From assembly GCA_043806395.1 (NCBI GenBank), contig JAZDHC010000039.1, forward strand, positions 1 through 42,945: a stretch of 42,945 nucleotides of DNA. Direction: 5' to 3'. Below are positions 11,717 to 19,679 of the stretch, piece by piece. The stretch comes from Candidatus Desantisbacteria bacterium (GTDB lineage: Bacteria; UBA9089; CG2-30-40-21). The number at the start of each line of letters is the position of its first letter. Position 1 is the stretch's first letter. The notes below the pieces were generated by a model that saw only the letters and a program-made list of their open reading frames with translations, made no database searches and had not been told where the DNA came from. The position numbers and the translations under genes are program-made.

Positions 11717-11850
11717 CACCTCTAAAAACTCACTGAAGCCACGCTGGCGATGTTGCAAAGCTGCTCAAAATGCTCATTTACCACATGTAAACTGCGCTTT
11801 TTCGCATCTTTGCGCCTTGCCATCATCACTTGATTGAGCTTTTAGAGGTG
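11717..11850. repeat. 134-bp imperfect palindrome between tRNA-Trp and secE
   Basis: Perfect 11-bp termini CACCTCTAAAA / TTTTAGAGGTG, with arms of ~65 nt roughly 70% complementary by eye. No ORF. Confidence 0.7.
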
Positions 11851-11905
11851 CCCTATCCTGAGTATATCAAGGAAGAAACTGAAGGCGAACAAATTACATA
11901 ATTAC

Positions 11906-11981
11906 TGGCAGGCCCGACAGGACTCGAACCTGCAACCCTCGGTTTTGGAGACCGATGCTCTACCAATTGAGCCACAGGCCT
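11906..11981 (-). tRNA. trnW: tRNA-Trp (anticodon CCA), CCA end encoded
   Basis: Reverse complement AGGCCTGTGGCTCAATTGGTAGAGCATCGGTCTCCAAAACCGAGGGTTGCAGGTTCGAGTCCTGTCGGGCCTGCCA folds by hand into a cloverleaf. It has a 7-bp acceptor, GCTC/GAGC D stem, TCGGT/ACCGA anticodon stem, CUCCAAA loop and TTCGAGT T-loop. Confidence 0.95.
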
Positions 11982-12132
11982 ACTTTGTTTCTTTATGAAC
12001 AGTATGTGCCTGACAAAATGGACAGTACTTCTTTAATTCCATTTTTGCAGTCTGTTTCTTTTTATTTCTTGTTGTATTATAATTTCGTCTCTTACAGTCT
12101 GAACATGCAAGAATAACCATTTCTCTTGACAA
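11980..12132 (-). CDS. rpmG: 50S ribosomal protein L33 (not in the ORF track, below the length cut-off)
   Basis: Hand translation: (M)[49 protein letters not shown], with CxxC..CxxC L33 zinc-ribbon spacing. TTG at 12132 has GAGGG 6 nt upstream; the alternative ATG is at 12120. Stop TAG at 11980-11982. Confidence 0.88.
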   Translation of the reverse strand: MSREMVILACSDCKRRNYNTTRNKKKQTAKMELKKYCPFCQAHTVHKETK

Positions 12133-12155
12133 TTTTATCCCTCACTTAAATATTA

Positions 12156-12293
12156 CTACTTAGGTATATAGACTGTAGGTGTTTAGGTTGTAGGGTAAAG
12201 AAACAGAAACAGAAACACGGAATTATTAATGCAACACATCTGAAAAACTAACAGCCTACAGCCTAATTGTCTACAGCCTAACTACCTGAGTAG
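12156..12293. repeat. Long hairpin, CTGTAGG/CCTACAG-unit family, in the rpmG leader
   Basis: CTACTTAGGTATATAGACTGTAGGTGTTTAGGTTGTAGGGTAAAGAAACAGAAACAGAAACACGGAATTATT .. AACAGCCTACAGCCTAATTGTCTACAGCCTAACTACCTGAGTAG. Same family and loop core as 13816-13935 and the partial copy at 22345-22400. Confidence 0.8.
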
Positions 12294-12307
12294 TTACGAA
12301 AGATCAT

Positions 12308-12336
12308 AGTATATCATGAAATTCATACGATGTCAA
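12308..12336 (-). promoter_or_regulatory. Sigma-70-type promoter upstream of rpmG / tRNA-Trp / secE
   Basis: Minus strand reads TTGACA - 17 nt - TATACT. Confidence 0.55.
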
Positions 12337-12376
12337 GATATATTTTGCAACCCTTCAGCATTTTATATCAAATGCA

Positions 12377-13099
12377 CTACATCTCTGTTAATCTAATCTT
12401 TCCCCAAACACCCATCTTATCATCTTTAATAATCACAACACCCAAAACACCATCAATTTCTTGTACACGACTTAATCCTTCAGGGATATCTGCATGTGTT
12501 TGAATAATATTGCCTATTTTTGTGGCTACAGCATCAGCCAATGGGGTAGATTCAGATACGACTACACAGGCATCAGCCTTTCCAAAACTGATAGAATGAC
12601 CAACCGTACCTGAGGATGTACAAACACCCCATCTGCCTGGTTCAAGTAAAATCGCCATCCTTCCAGAAAGCACGGATGAACCAGCTAATATCCCAATCTT
12701 TCTTGATATGCTTGTATTCAGAAAGATATCCCCACCATTTTCAACAATGATGTCCTCAGAAAAGGCTAATAAATCCATTCCTACAGCATCAGCAACAACC
12801 CCGGCTACAGCAGCCATGGGACCAACCCCTGCCATTGCTGAGGCATCACTCATTTGACGAATAATCAATGGTGCTTTCCCTGAAACCAGATATGGAGAAA
12901 AGGTATGACCAAATTCAGGACACTGTTGGATATATCTTTTAATGGTTAAATAATGCCTTTTCAGAGAATCATATGCCTGTTTTTCAAGCATGGTTCTGGC
13001 TGAAATAAAAAGATCACTCTCAAAATAAACTACCCTGAAACTAATTAATGAGGTGTCTTTTCTTAAAAAATCCTGACGGTACTTCCTCTCCTCATACAC
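12377..13099 (-). CDS. UPF0280 family protein (ApbE-like fold)
   Basis: 240 aa. The motifs ..ASAMAGVGPMAAVAGVVADAVG.., ..IVENGGDIF.. and ..TSSGTVGHSISFGKADA.. fit my recollection of the UPF0280 family. Not verified by search. Confidence 0.6.
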   Translation of the reverse strand: MYEERKYRQDFLRKDTSLISFRVVYFESDLFISARTMLEKQAYDSLKRHYLTIKRYIQQCPEFGHTFSPYLVSGKAPLIIRQMSDASAMAGVGPMAAVAGVVADAVGMDLLAFSEDIIVENGGDIFLNTSISRKIGILAGSSVLSGRMAILLEPGRWGVCTSSGTVGHSISFGKADACVVVSESTPLADAVATKIGNIIQTHADIPEGLSRVQEIDGVLGVVIIKDDKMGVWGKIRLTEM

Positions 13100-13170
13100 T
13101 TACATTTCACCGGTATTATATTTGATGAAAAAAATAACCTCATTTTCCGTAAGAAAAGAAGTCGATATTA

Positions 13171-13199
13171 ATCATATCATACTATCTTGCTTTTGTCAA
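13171..13199 (-). promoter_or_regulatory. Sigma-70-type promoter for the UPF0280 gene
   Basis: Minus strand reads TTGACA - 17 nt - TATGAT, about 70 nt upstream of the start codon. Confidence 0.5.
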
Positions 13200-13290
13200 G
13201 CATTTTTTTACAAAAACTTCTGAATCCGTCGACAGGCTGTTACGGAATAGGAATTTGGCATGAAATACATACAATATGTTGTTCGTATTC

Positions 13291-13382
13291 TGTAGGGACA
13301 TCCCCTTGTGGGTGTCCGGTTACTTCAACCTTTTGCAACCATTCGTTGCATTTTACGGATAGGGACAAGCCCTGTCCCTACG
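13291..13382. repeat. Pair of REP-like units in inverted orientation
   Basis: TGTAGGGACATCCCCTTGTGGGTGTCC ... TAGGGACAAGCCCTGTCCCTAC with a small TGCAAC/GTTGCA hairpin between them. Confidence 0.7.
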
Positions 13383-13527
13383 ACAATAATAAATCATTGA
13401 TATGAATGTCAATAGGTAGTAACTTGGGTTAACTACTTAGGTTGCGTTATGTTACGCAACCTAAAGCTTACAGCTATCAAGTAAACACCAGATAACTGAG
13501 GCATTATCTAACATTCTTTGCTCTTCT

Positions 13528-13573
13528 CCCTACAGTCTAAATGCCTACAGCCTATCTACCTGATCAGTTACGA
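13528..13573. repeat. Solo right arm of the CTGTAGG/CCTACAG hairpin family
   Basis: CCCTACAGTCTAAATGCCTACAGCCTATCTACCTGATCAGTTACGA matches the right arms at 12250-12299 and 13905-13941, but no left arm is present. Confidence 0.5.
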
Positions 13574-13788
13574 TTATATCATAAATAATTCAAAAGTCAG
13601 CAGAAAATTCAATTTTACCACATTTTATTCTTGGAGAGTGTTACAATGTTGTGGTTTTTTAGGCATAAGAGGCAGCTCAGAATTATCATATACACATAAC
13701 ACAAACCAATAATATTACACTTGCTACTGGCTAACAAGCATGTAATCAATTGATGACTGGCTGATTACATCTTGAGGGTAAATTCTAT

Positions 13789-13817
13789 TTGACTTTAATT
13801 GTAAATTATGTTAAACT
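13789..13817 (+). promoter_or_regulatory. Sigma-70-type promoter for the CDF transporter / mqnA unit
   Basis: TTGACT - 17 nt - TAAACT. The -10 abuts or overlaps the first bases of the hairpin repeat at 13816. Confidence 0.5.
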
Positions 13818-13935
13818 ACTCAGGTGTTTAGACTGAAGGCTGTTAAACTGTAGGGTAAAGAAGCAGAAACAGGAGAATTATTGATGTAGTTCGCGTCTTT
13901 CAAACTAACAGCCTTCAGCCTAAACACCTGAGTAG
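13816..13935. repeat. Long hairpin, CTGTAGG/CCTACAG-unit family, in the CDF gene leader
   Basis: CTACTCAGGTGTTTAGACTGAAGGCTGTTAAACTGTAGGGTAAAGAAGCAGAAACAGGAGAATTATT .. AACAGCCTTCAGCCTAAACACCTGAGTAG. The 11-bp termini are perfect inverted repeats. Confidence 0.8.
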
Positions 13936-13970
13936 TTACGATATAATATCCTCCTGGAGGGCTAAAAGCG

Positions 13971-14930
13971 ATGTCTGAGCAAAAGCAAAAGACTACAGTC
14001 ATTATCTTTTCTGTGGTTTCTAACAGCATTCTGGTGATATTGAAACTATTGGTTGGTTGGCTAACCGGATCCATCTCTATTCTTTCCGAATCCGTTCATT
14101 CAGGAATCGATTTGCTGGCTGCTCTAATTGCTTTTTTTGCAGTGAGAAATTCTGGGAAACCTGCGGATGAAAAACATCCATTCGGACACGATAAGATTGA
14201 AAATATTTCAGGGTTTGTAGAAGCTATGCTTATCTTCATGGCAGCAGGATGGATTATTTATGAAGCCGTTAAAAAATTAATCAATCCTGCACCATTGGAG
14301 GCATTGGTCTGGGGTATGGCAGTGATGCTGTTCTCATCGGTGATAAATATCATTGTTTCGAAACGGCTCTTTAAGATTGGTCGTAAAACCGAGTCCATGG
14401 CGATTCAGGCAGATGCCTGTCATTTGCAGATGGATGTCTGGACTTCCATAGGGGTAATGACTGGGTTAGGACTCATCTGGGTAAGTGAGACTCTTTGGAA
14501 AGGTATGCATTTTCATTGGATTGACCCAATAGCTGCAATCGTAGTCGCTGTATTAATTATTAAGGCTGCCTATGACTTGACCCATCAATCAATTCATGAT
14601 CTGTTAGACAGCAGCCTGACAGCTGATGAGATCGAACACATTCGTATCAATATCATGGCGTATTGCCCCCAGATCCATGGTTTTCATCGACTCCGCACAC
14701 GAAAAGCAGGGAAGAATCGTTTTATAGAATTTCACTTGAAGGTAAAAAGCGATATGACGGTTGAGAAATCCCACCACTTAACAACTATAATTACTGAAAA
14801 AATTCAAGAACAAATACCATGTGCAAATGTCAATATTCACATTGAACCATGCAGACAGGAATATTGTAGTGATATCTGCATAAAAGGCTGCTTACTGACC
14901 CCGGAAAAGCGGGATAAAAAACATCTTTAG
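13971..14930 (+). CDS. Cation diffusion facilitator (CDF) family metal efflux transporter
   Basis: 319 aa with six predicted TM segments, HSGIDLL (TM2) and HLQMDVW (TM5) metal-site motifs and a C-terminal cytoplasmic domain. Confidence 0.85.
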   Translation: MSEQKQKTTVIIFSVVSNSILVILKLLVGWLTGSISILSESVHSGIDLLAALIAFFAVRNSGKPADEKHPFGHDKIENISGFVEAMLIFMAAGWIIYEAVKKLINPAPLEALVWGMAVMLFSSVINIIVSKRLFKIGRKTESMAIQADACHLQMDVWTSIGVMTGLGLIWVSETLWKGMHFHWIDPIAAIVVAVLIIKAAYDLTHQSIHDLLDSSLTADEIEHIRINIMAYCPQIHGFHRLRTRKAGKNRFIEFHLKVKSDMTVEKSHHLTTIITEKIQEQIPCANVNIHIEPCRQEYCSDICIKGCLLTPEKRDKKHL

Positions 14931-14954
14931 AAAACTCCTTCATAGAGAGGTACA

Positions 14955-15755
14955 ATGTCAACACGGCTTGGTTATTTAAGTTTTATCAATTGTCTGCCAG
15001 TGTATTATGGGATATTAGAGGGAAAAGTAAACATTGATGCACAGATAATCCCTGGGTTTCCAAACCAGTTAAATGCCTGGCTTGCTGCCGGAAATCTGGA
15101 CATAAGTCCTATTTCCTCTATTGAATATGCCCGGCACCATGATGAATATCTGCTGTTATCGGACATCTGCTTAAACTCTGAGGGTCCGGTCAAAAGTGTT
15201 ATTCTGGTAAGCAAATTTCCCATAGAAATGTTGGAAGGTAAATCTATTGCCCTGCCAACAACCAGTGCCACATCCCAAGTATTACTCAAGATACTTTTGT
15301 CCCATCTGAATGTTACCTATAAGGTGAAAGAACCATTCATTACTTCCATGCTTTCTGATTCAGATGCTGCCCTTTTGATTGGTGATGATGCCTTGCGAAT
15401 TGAGAAAACAAATGATTTATTTTTGTATGATCTGGCAGAATTATGGCAGAAACAAACAGGCTTTCCAGTTGTCTTTGCTGTGTGGGCAGTTAGAAAAGAT
15501 TATGCCAATCAATATCCTGAAAAAATTAGTGATATTGCTAATTCATTAAGAAAATCCTTAGATTATGGGCTATTTAATATTGATAAGATTATCGATGGGG
15601 TGTTGCCAGGGTTTCCAGGGGTAGACCTTCGGGATTATTTCAGTCTTTTGAGGTATGAATTTAATGCAAGGGCAAGGGAAGGGTTATTAGTATATTATGA
15701 TCATGCCTTCAGGATGGGGTTGTGTGAAAGGTGTGAGGAATTGGTATTTGCATAG
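14955..15755 (+). CDS. mqnA: Chorismate dehydratase MqnA-like protein (futalosine menaquinone pathway)
   Basis: 266 aa. The N-terminus ..LGYLSFINCLPVYYG.. and overall MqnA/MqnD-like pattern, with length typical of the family. Family call from memory. Confidence 0.65.
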   Translation: MSTRLGYLSFINCLPVYYGILEGKVNIDAQIIPGFPNQLNAWLAAGNLDISPISSIEYARHHDEYLLLSDICLNSEGPVKSVILVSKFPIEMLEGKSIALPTTSATSQVLLKILLSHLNVTYKVKEPFITSMLSDSDAALLIGDDALRIEKTNDLFLYDLAELWQKQTGFPVVFAVWAVRKDYANQYPEKISDIANSLRKSLDYGLFNIDKIIDGVLPGFPGVDLRDYFSLLRYEFNARAREGLLVYYDHAFRMGLCERCEELVFA

Positions 15756-15796
15756 GTTATCAGGGAAAGATTTGCCATGTGACAGAAATTCCACCC

Positions 15797-15820
15797 CTTA
15801 CCCCCGCCAGCGGGGGTAAG
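15797..15820. terminator. GC-rich stem-loop between convergent mqnA and the TPR gene
   Basis: CTTACCCCC-GCCAGC-GGGGGTAAG. On the minus strand it is followed by GGGGTGGAATTTCTGT. A related motif occurs at 146-190. Confidence 0.45.
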
Positions 15821-15849
15821 GAATCACCTGCTGGCGTAAAATAGTACAT

Positions 15850-17805
15850 TTATTTCGTAAGTTTCTTTATCCTTGCCTCTGCCTTTTTAGCATACTGATT
15901 TTCTGCAAAGTCCTTTAGAACTAATTGATAGATCTCAATTGCTTTATTTGAGTTATTTAGATTATCTTCCTGCAATTGCCCAGCACGATACAGTATTTCA
16001 GCTGCGTGAGAATCCTTTGGATATTTCTGATAAAGCTGAAAATAGCTATCTGCAGCCTGTTCATAATCACTTATCTTCTCATAGCATTCTCCTATGGTAA
16101 TAAGGGCTGATGGGGACAGGGGACTTTGAGGATATTCCTTAACTATCCTGTTGTATACAGAAATAACCTGCTCATATCGCTTAAGTTGTTCAAATATCTT
16201 GCCCAGTTCAAATAGTGCTGCAGGGGACTGTTCACTCTTGGAATATGCAGCAACTATTGTTTCATAGGCTTTAATGGCTTTATCATTATCCTTTAATTTA
16301 TCAGCCCAAATTCTGGCACTTTCTAATAGATATTTTGGGGCATTGGCATCATCTGGAAACCTTGCAACACCATCTTGATAAAAAGAAGCTGCATTAGGAT
16401 AATCTTTAACTATATCAAATATCCTTCCAATCTCAAAATATACCTGAGCAATTTGAGGTATATTTGGATATAAATAGATAACCTTTATATAGGCAGCTAT
16501 TGCCAGATACTCTTGTTGTTTCACCTTAAGAAGATTTTGAGCCTTTGTCTGATATGCATCAAAAGCCATTGGGGAATATGAATAACACCTCAAAAACTCA
16601 TCAAGCTCATGGTCAAGACAAGAATAGAGGGATGCATCTATAACAGGAAAAAGTTGTTTGATATAATTAAGCCACCTTTCTTCCTTTTTCTCACCCCCAA
16701 CTGAAATAGCTAATATTTTTTGAGAAAATTCCTTATCAATCTTTTTTAACTTTTCCAGATCCCTGATTCGACCTTTTCCTTTAGAGACAAAGGAACCATC
16801 AGGCCAGATACAAATCAATTTGGCATATGCAATTGCAGCCTCGTCAAACCTTTTTTCTTCTTCATATAATTGACCCACAAGATATTGAATCTCATCACTT
16901 TTTTCTAATTCCAGACAATTTGTGACATACATCGAAAGTTCCATGAGACAATAGGTACTTATCCCTTTTAATTTCATAGAATTGAGCCTTTTTACATAAT
17001 CTATATATTTTTGATTCTGCTCCTTTTTAATCTCTTCTGGCACGATCCCCTGTTTTAACTGGTTTAATTTCATCATTAATTGATTATTAAGAACAACCAT
17101 TTCTTCCTTTTTCTTATTTGTTTCTTGAATTGATTGCTCTAATGAATTCTTTTCCTTATCCAATTTTTCCTTCAAGGCAGTTGCTTGTGCCTCATCTGCC
17201 TTATATTTTTCAAGAACAACAGTTGTTTCCTTCATCTGATTTTCAAGTGTGGTTAACTGTCCCTTGACATTAGTTATGGTATTTTCTCTCTCTTTTAGGC
17301 TTGTCTTCAGGCTATCTATCTCGGCTTGTAATTTTACCTGCTGAGATTGTAAATCCTTTTGCCCAGTTGCAGATTGATCCTTTTCTTTGCTAAGCCCTTC
17401 TTTAAGGCTAACAATTTCAGCACTTTTATCCTTTAAGCCTTGAATCTTTTCTTTTAATTGTGTCTGCATATTTATGCCTTCATCCATTGCATCCTGAAGT
17501 TGTTTCTTAATTCCATCTATTTCTTTTTTTGCATTCTGCTGAATTTTAGCCTTTTCGTCCTCTTTTTGGTTAATACTTGTTGTTAATTGCTTAATATTCT
17601 CGGCATTTTTATCCCGTTCTACTACACAAGCATTATATTCCTTTGATAAAACATCCTTCTGGTCACTTATTTTTTTTAGCTTAACCTGAGATAGATTAAG
17701 CTCTGCCTGCAACTCATCAATACTCTTTTCATCCTCTGCCCCTGCCCATGAAGATGAAAACATACCAAAAAACATAACTAATACCAATAACCTGATCTTA
17801 ATCAT
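15850..17805 (-). CDS. Secreted coiled-coil + TPR repeat protein (YbgF/CpoB-like C-terminal half)
   Basis: Preferred ATG at 17805 (MIKIRLLVLVMFFGMFSSSWAGA.. signal peptide) with AGGAGG 7 nt upstream. ~250 aa of heptad-like K/E/Q-rich sequence, then TPR-like repeats. The track TTG at 17877 lies inside the predicted promoter. Confidence 0.75.
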   Translation of the reverse strand: MIKIRLLVLVMFFGMFSSSWAGAEDEKSIDELQAELNLSQVKLKKISDQKDVLSKEYNACVVERDKNAENIKQLTTSINQKEDEKAKIQQNAKKEIDGIKKQLQDAMDEGINMQTQLKEKIQGLKDKSAEIVSLKEGLSKEKDQSATGQKDLQSQQVKLQAEIDSLKTSLKERENTITNVKGQLTTLENQMKETTVVLEKYKADEAQATALKEKLDKEKNSLEQSIQETNKKKEEMVVLNNQLMMKLNQLKQGIVPEEIKKEQNQKYIDYVKRLNSMKLKGISTYCLMELSMYVTNCLELEKSDEIQYLVGQLYEEEKRFDEAAIAYAKLICIWPDGSFVSKGKGRIRDLEKLKKIDKEFSQKILAISVGGEKKEERWLNYIKQLFPVIDASLYSCLDHELDEFLRCYSYSPMAFDAYQTKAQNLLKVKQQEYLAIAAYIKVIYLYPNIPQIAQVYFEIGRIFDIVKDYPNAASFYQDGVARFPDDANAPKYLLESARIWADKLKDNDKAIKAYETIVAAYSKSEQSPAALFELGKIFEQLKRYEQVISVYNRIVKEYPQSPLSPSALITIGECYEKISDYEQAADSYFQLYQKYPKDSHAAEILYRAGQLQEDNLNNSNKAIEIYQLVLKDFAENQYAKKAEARIKKLTK

Positions 17806-17848
17806 AACTGTGCCTCCTAAAAATATGAAATATTCTCTCTCAATGATT

Positions 17849-17877
17849 ATTGTATCATAATCATTGAAAATTGTCAA
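17849..17877 (-). promoter_or_regulatory. Sigma-70-type promoter for the coiled-coil/TPR gene, overlapped by a 10-bp perfect inverted repeat
   Basis: Minus strand reads TTGACA - 17 nt - TACAAT. CAATGATTAT-N6-ATAATCATTG (17841-17866) overlaps the -10. Confidence 0.5.
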
Positions 17878-17907
17878 CGATTTGTTTTGAATATGTCGGA
17901 AATTTTC

Positions 17908-19278
17908 TCATAATCCCATAGGATTATGCTTGTGAATAAACACTGGTTTTATGGTCTTTTTAACCATATCCATGGTATTGGTTACTCGTAATTTTTCAAA
18001 AATAATATCAAACTGTTCCTCAAATTTATTGCCAATACCTGCCCTTACCACTGCATGTAAATCCCACATCTTTTGCTTAAATGGTCCAAACCCTTTTTTT
18101 CTTACCTTATAAATAAACTGTTCTTCGCTTTGTCCCTCTTTTCTTTCCTCTTCAAAATTTTTATTAAGATATTCATAAATCTCATCCTTTAACCCGATTG
18201 GCAGCATTTCATAAATAATATTTTGAAACTGGGTTGCCAGATGTACCTCGGCAGTATTAGTATCAGGGAATTTATGGAAGGTATCAATTGGCAGGGTTGA
18301 TGCCCCGTGCTGGACTGCTCCTGCCAGCCCAAACTCCTCTATGGCTATGTGAGAAAGGCGGCTCAGGGTATCGAAGTCCAGCCTTACCTGTGCCAGCGTT
18401 CCGTCTGACAATGGAATGCCGCCATGAACTGTTCCTGTCTGGATACTTATCTTGCTTATTCCAGCCAACCCGCTTTCCAATTCCCCTTGCAGCCCTTTCA
18501 TGTATTCCCTTAATTCTACTTCAGTGCTGTTTGTTCCACCGATTTCTCCTATTTCTCCACCTATGGAGATGGTTATTCCTATAGGCTCTATCCCTCGAAT
18601 ATAGGAAAGAATTTCTGCTGTCAATCTGATATTATTCTCTTGTTGCTCTAAAACCGCCTGCTTATCCATGTCAACCATGGTGGACGCATCAATATCGATA
18701 TTGTAAAATCCAGCATCAACAGATTTTTTAATCAGTTGCTTAAGGGCTGATAACTCTTTTTGAGGGTCTTTTTTATACTTCTCCTGAGGGATCTGGAAGT
18801 GATCCCCTTGCAGAAATATTGGTCCCTGATACCCCTCTCGAATAGCAGCAGCAATGATTACTGTAGCGTATTCAGACGGAGATTGCAGGGTGTACTCTAT
18901 CTCTGAAGAGGCAATCTCAATGATAAATGCACCCGTATGATTCCGTTTTGCTGAACGGATTAATGCCCTGGCAACATCATAGGTCAAACCACGGATATTA
19001 ATTGCAGGAATGGTTTTATGTGGTATTTCTCCTTTGCCCTTTGCTTTGTACAGCTCGGAAATAGAGGCAGCATATACCCCAAGCTCAATCCCTGTCTCCC
19101 ATATAATCCATTCACACGCATTTTTGACATCCTGATCGTCATTAAAGACAGCACTATAGACTAAGGCATCGATTAATCTTTCCTGAAAGGTTATCCCTTC
19201 CAACATATCAACCCCATCTTTTCTAATCTTTACCCGACCAGACAATGCATTTTTTAGTTCTTGAACACTTTGATACAT
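17908..19278 (-). CDS. Class II ketose-bisphosphate aldolase family protein (fructose/tagatose-bisphosphate aldolase-like)
   Basis: Preferred ATG at 19278 (MYQSVQELKN..) with GAGGTG upstream, 456 aa. The ..IIEIASSEIEYT.. and ..FLQGDHFQ.. patterns resemble class II aldolase / GatZ-type proteins. The track start at 19383 reads through a GTCATTCC repeat (..SRLRGNDN..). Confidence 0.6.
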   Translation of the reverse strand: MYQSVQELKNALSGRVKIRKDGVDMLEGITFQERLIDALVYSAVFNDDQDVKNACEWIIWETGIELGVYAASISELYKAKGKGEIPHKTIPAINIRGLTYDVARALIRSAKRNHTGAFIIEIASSEIEYTLQSPSEYATVIIAAAIREGYQGPIFLQGDHFQIPQEKYKKDPQKELSALKQLIKKSVDAGFYNIDIDASTMVDMDKQAVLEQQENNIRLTAEILSYIRGIEPIGITISIGGEIGEIGGTNSTEVELREYMKGLQGELESGLAGISKISIQTGTVHGGIPLSDGTLAQVRLDFDTLSRLSHIAIEEFGLAGAVQHGASTLPIDTFHKFPDTNTAEVHLATQFQNIIYEMLPIGLKDEIYEYLNKNFEEERKEGQSEEQFIYKVRKKGFGPFKQKMWDLHAVVRAGIGNKFEEQFDIIFEKLRVTNTMDMVKKTIKPVFIHKHNPMGL

Positions 19279-19335
19279 AATTATCACCTCATATTTTTTC
19301 GACCTGTGCAAGCGGAACACCAGAACACAGAGGTT

Positions 19336-19470
19336 GTCATTCCCGCGAAGGCGGGAATCCAGGGTTATCCCAAATCGTTGCACAAAATACGCTGTATTCC
19401 CTTTCTGTTTCTGGAGATCTTCTGGATTCCCACTGGAGTTTACCCTCGTGAAAACGGGGGTGGGAATGAC
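19336..19470. repeat. Inverted pair of GTCATTCCCGCGAAGGCGGGAATCCAG-type units
   Basis: GTCATTCCCGCGAAGGCGGGAATCCAG (19336-19363) and CTGGATTCCC..GGGTGGGAATGAC (19422-19470). Same family as 29650-29787. Confidence 0.75.
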
Positions 19471-19515
19471 AGCATTCGTGCTTGGTGAATTCCGATTGCA
19501 CAGGTGGTATTTTTT

Positions 19516-19590
19516 GCCACGAATTATACAAATTATACGAATAATAAAATCTTCCCCCTCCCTATTCGTGCTATTCGTGTAATTCGTGGC
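19516..19590. repeat. Hairpin with 9-nt unit arms (ATTCGTGNN)
   Basis: GCCACGAATTATACAAATTATACGAATA .. loop .. TATTCGTGCTATTCGTGTAATTCGTGGC. Confidence 0.75.
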
Positions 19591-19618
19591 TAAAATTCTC
19601 CTCTTCTTTCATTTTATT

Positions 19619-19679
19619 GTAGGGGCAGACCTATGTGTCTGCCCTCAAATACAGGGCGAACACATAGGTTCGCCCCTAC
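19619..19679. repeat. Inverted pair of REP-like units overlapping the larC stop codon
   Basis: GTAGGGGCAGACCTATGTGTCTGCCC .. GGGCGAACACATAGGTTCGCCCCTAC. The TAG of the second unit (minus strand) is the larC stop. Confidence 0.8.

Noticed and set aside
13936-13950. TATAAT immediately after the hairpin right arm (GTAGTTACGATATAAT) as a second promoter
   Set aside because: No acceptable -35 lies at 16-18 nt spacing, and the upstream TTGACT-17-TAAACT promoter is a better candidate.
13187-14074. ORFs of 72, 64 and 84 aa, and a 17-codon ORF at 13646-13699 with a GGAGAG upstream, in the long spacer before the CDF gene
   Set aside because: The larger ones run through REP or hairpin repeats. The 17-codon peptide (MLWFFRHKRQLRIIIYT) has no support beyond a weak SD. 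The spacer is better explained by repeats plus the CDF promoter.
19261-19582. Three short ORFs (64-82 aa) between the aldolase gene and larC
   Set aside because: They are composed entirely of GTCATTCC, ATTCGTG and REP-type repeats in several frames, with no SD.
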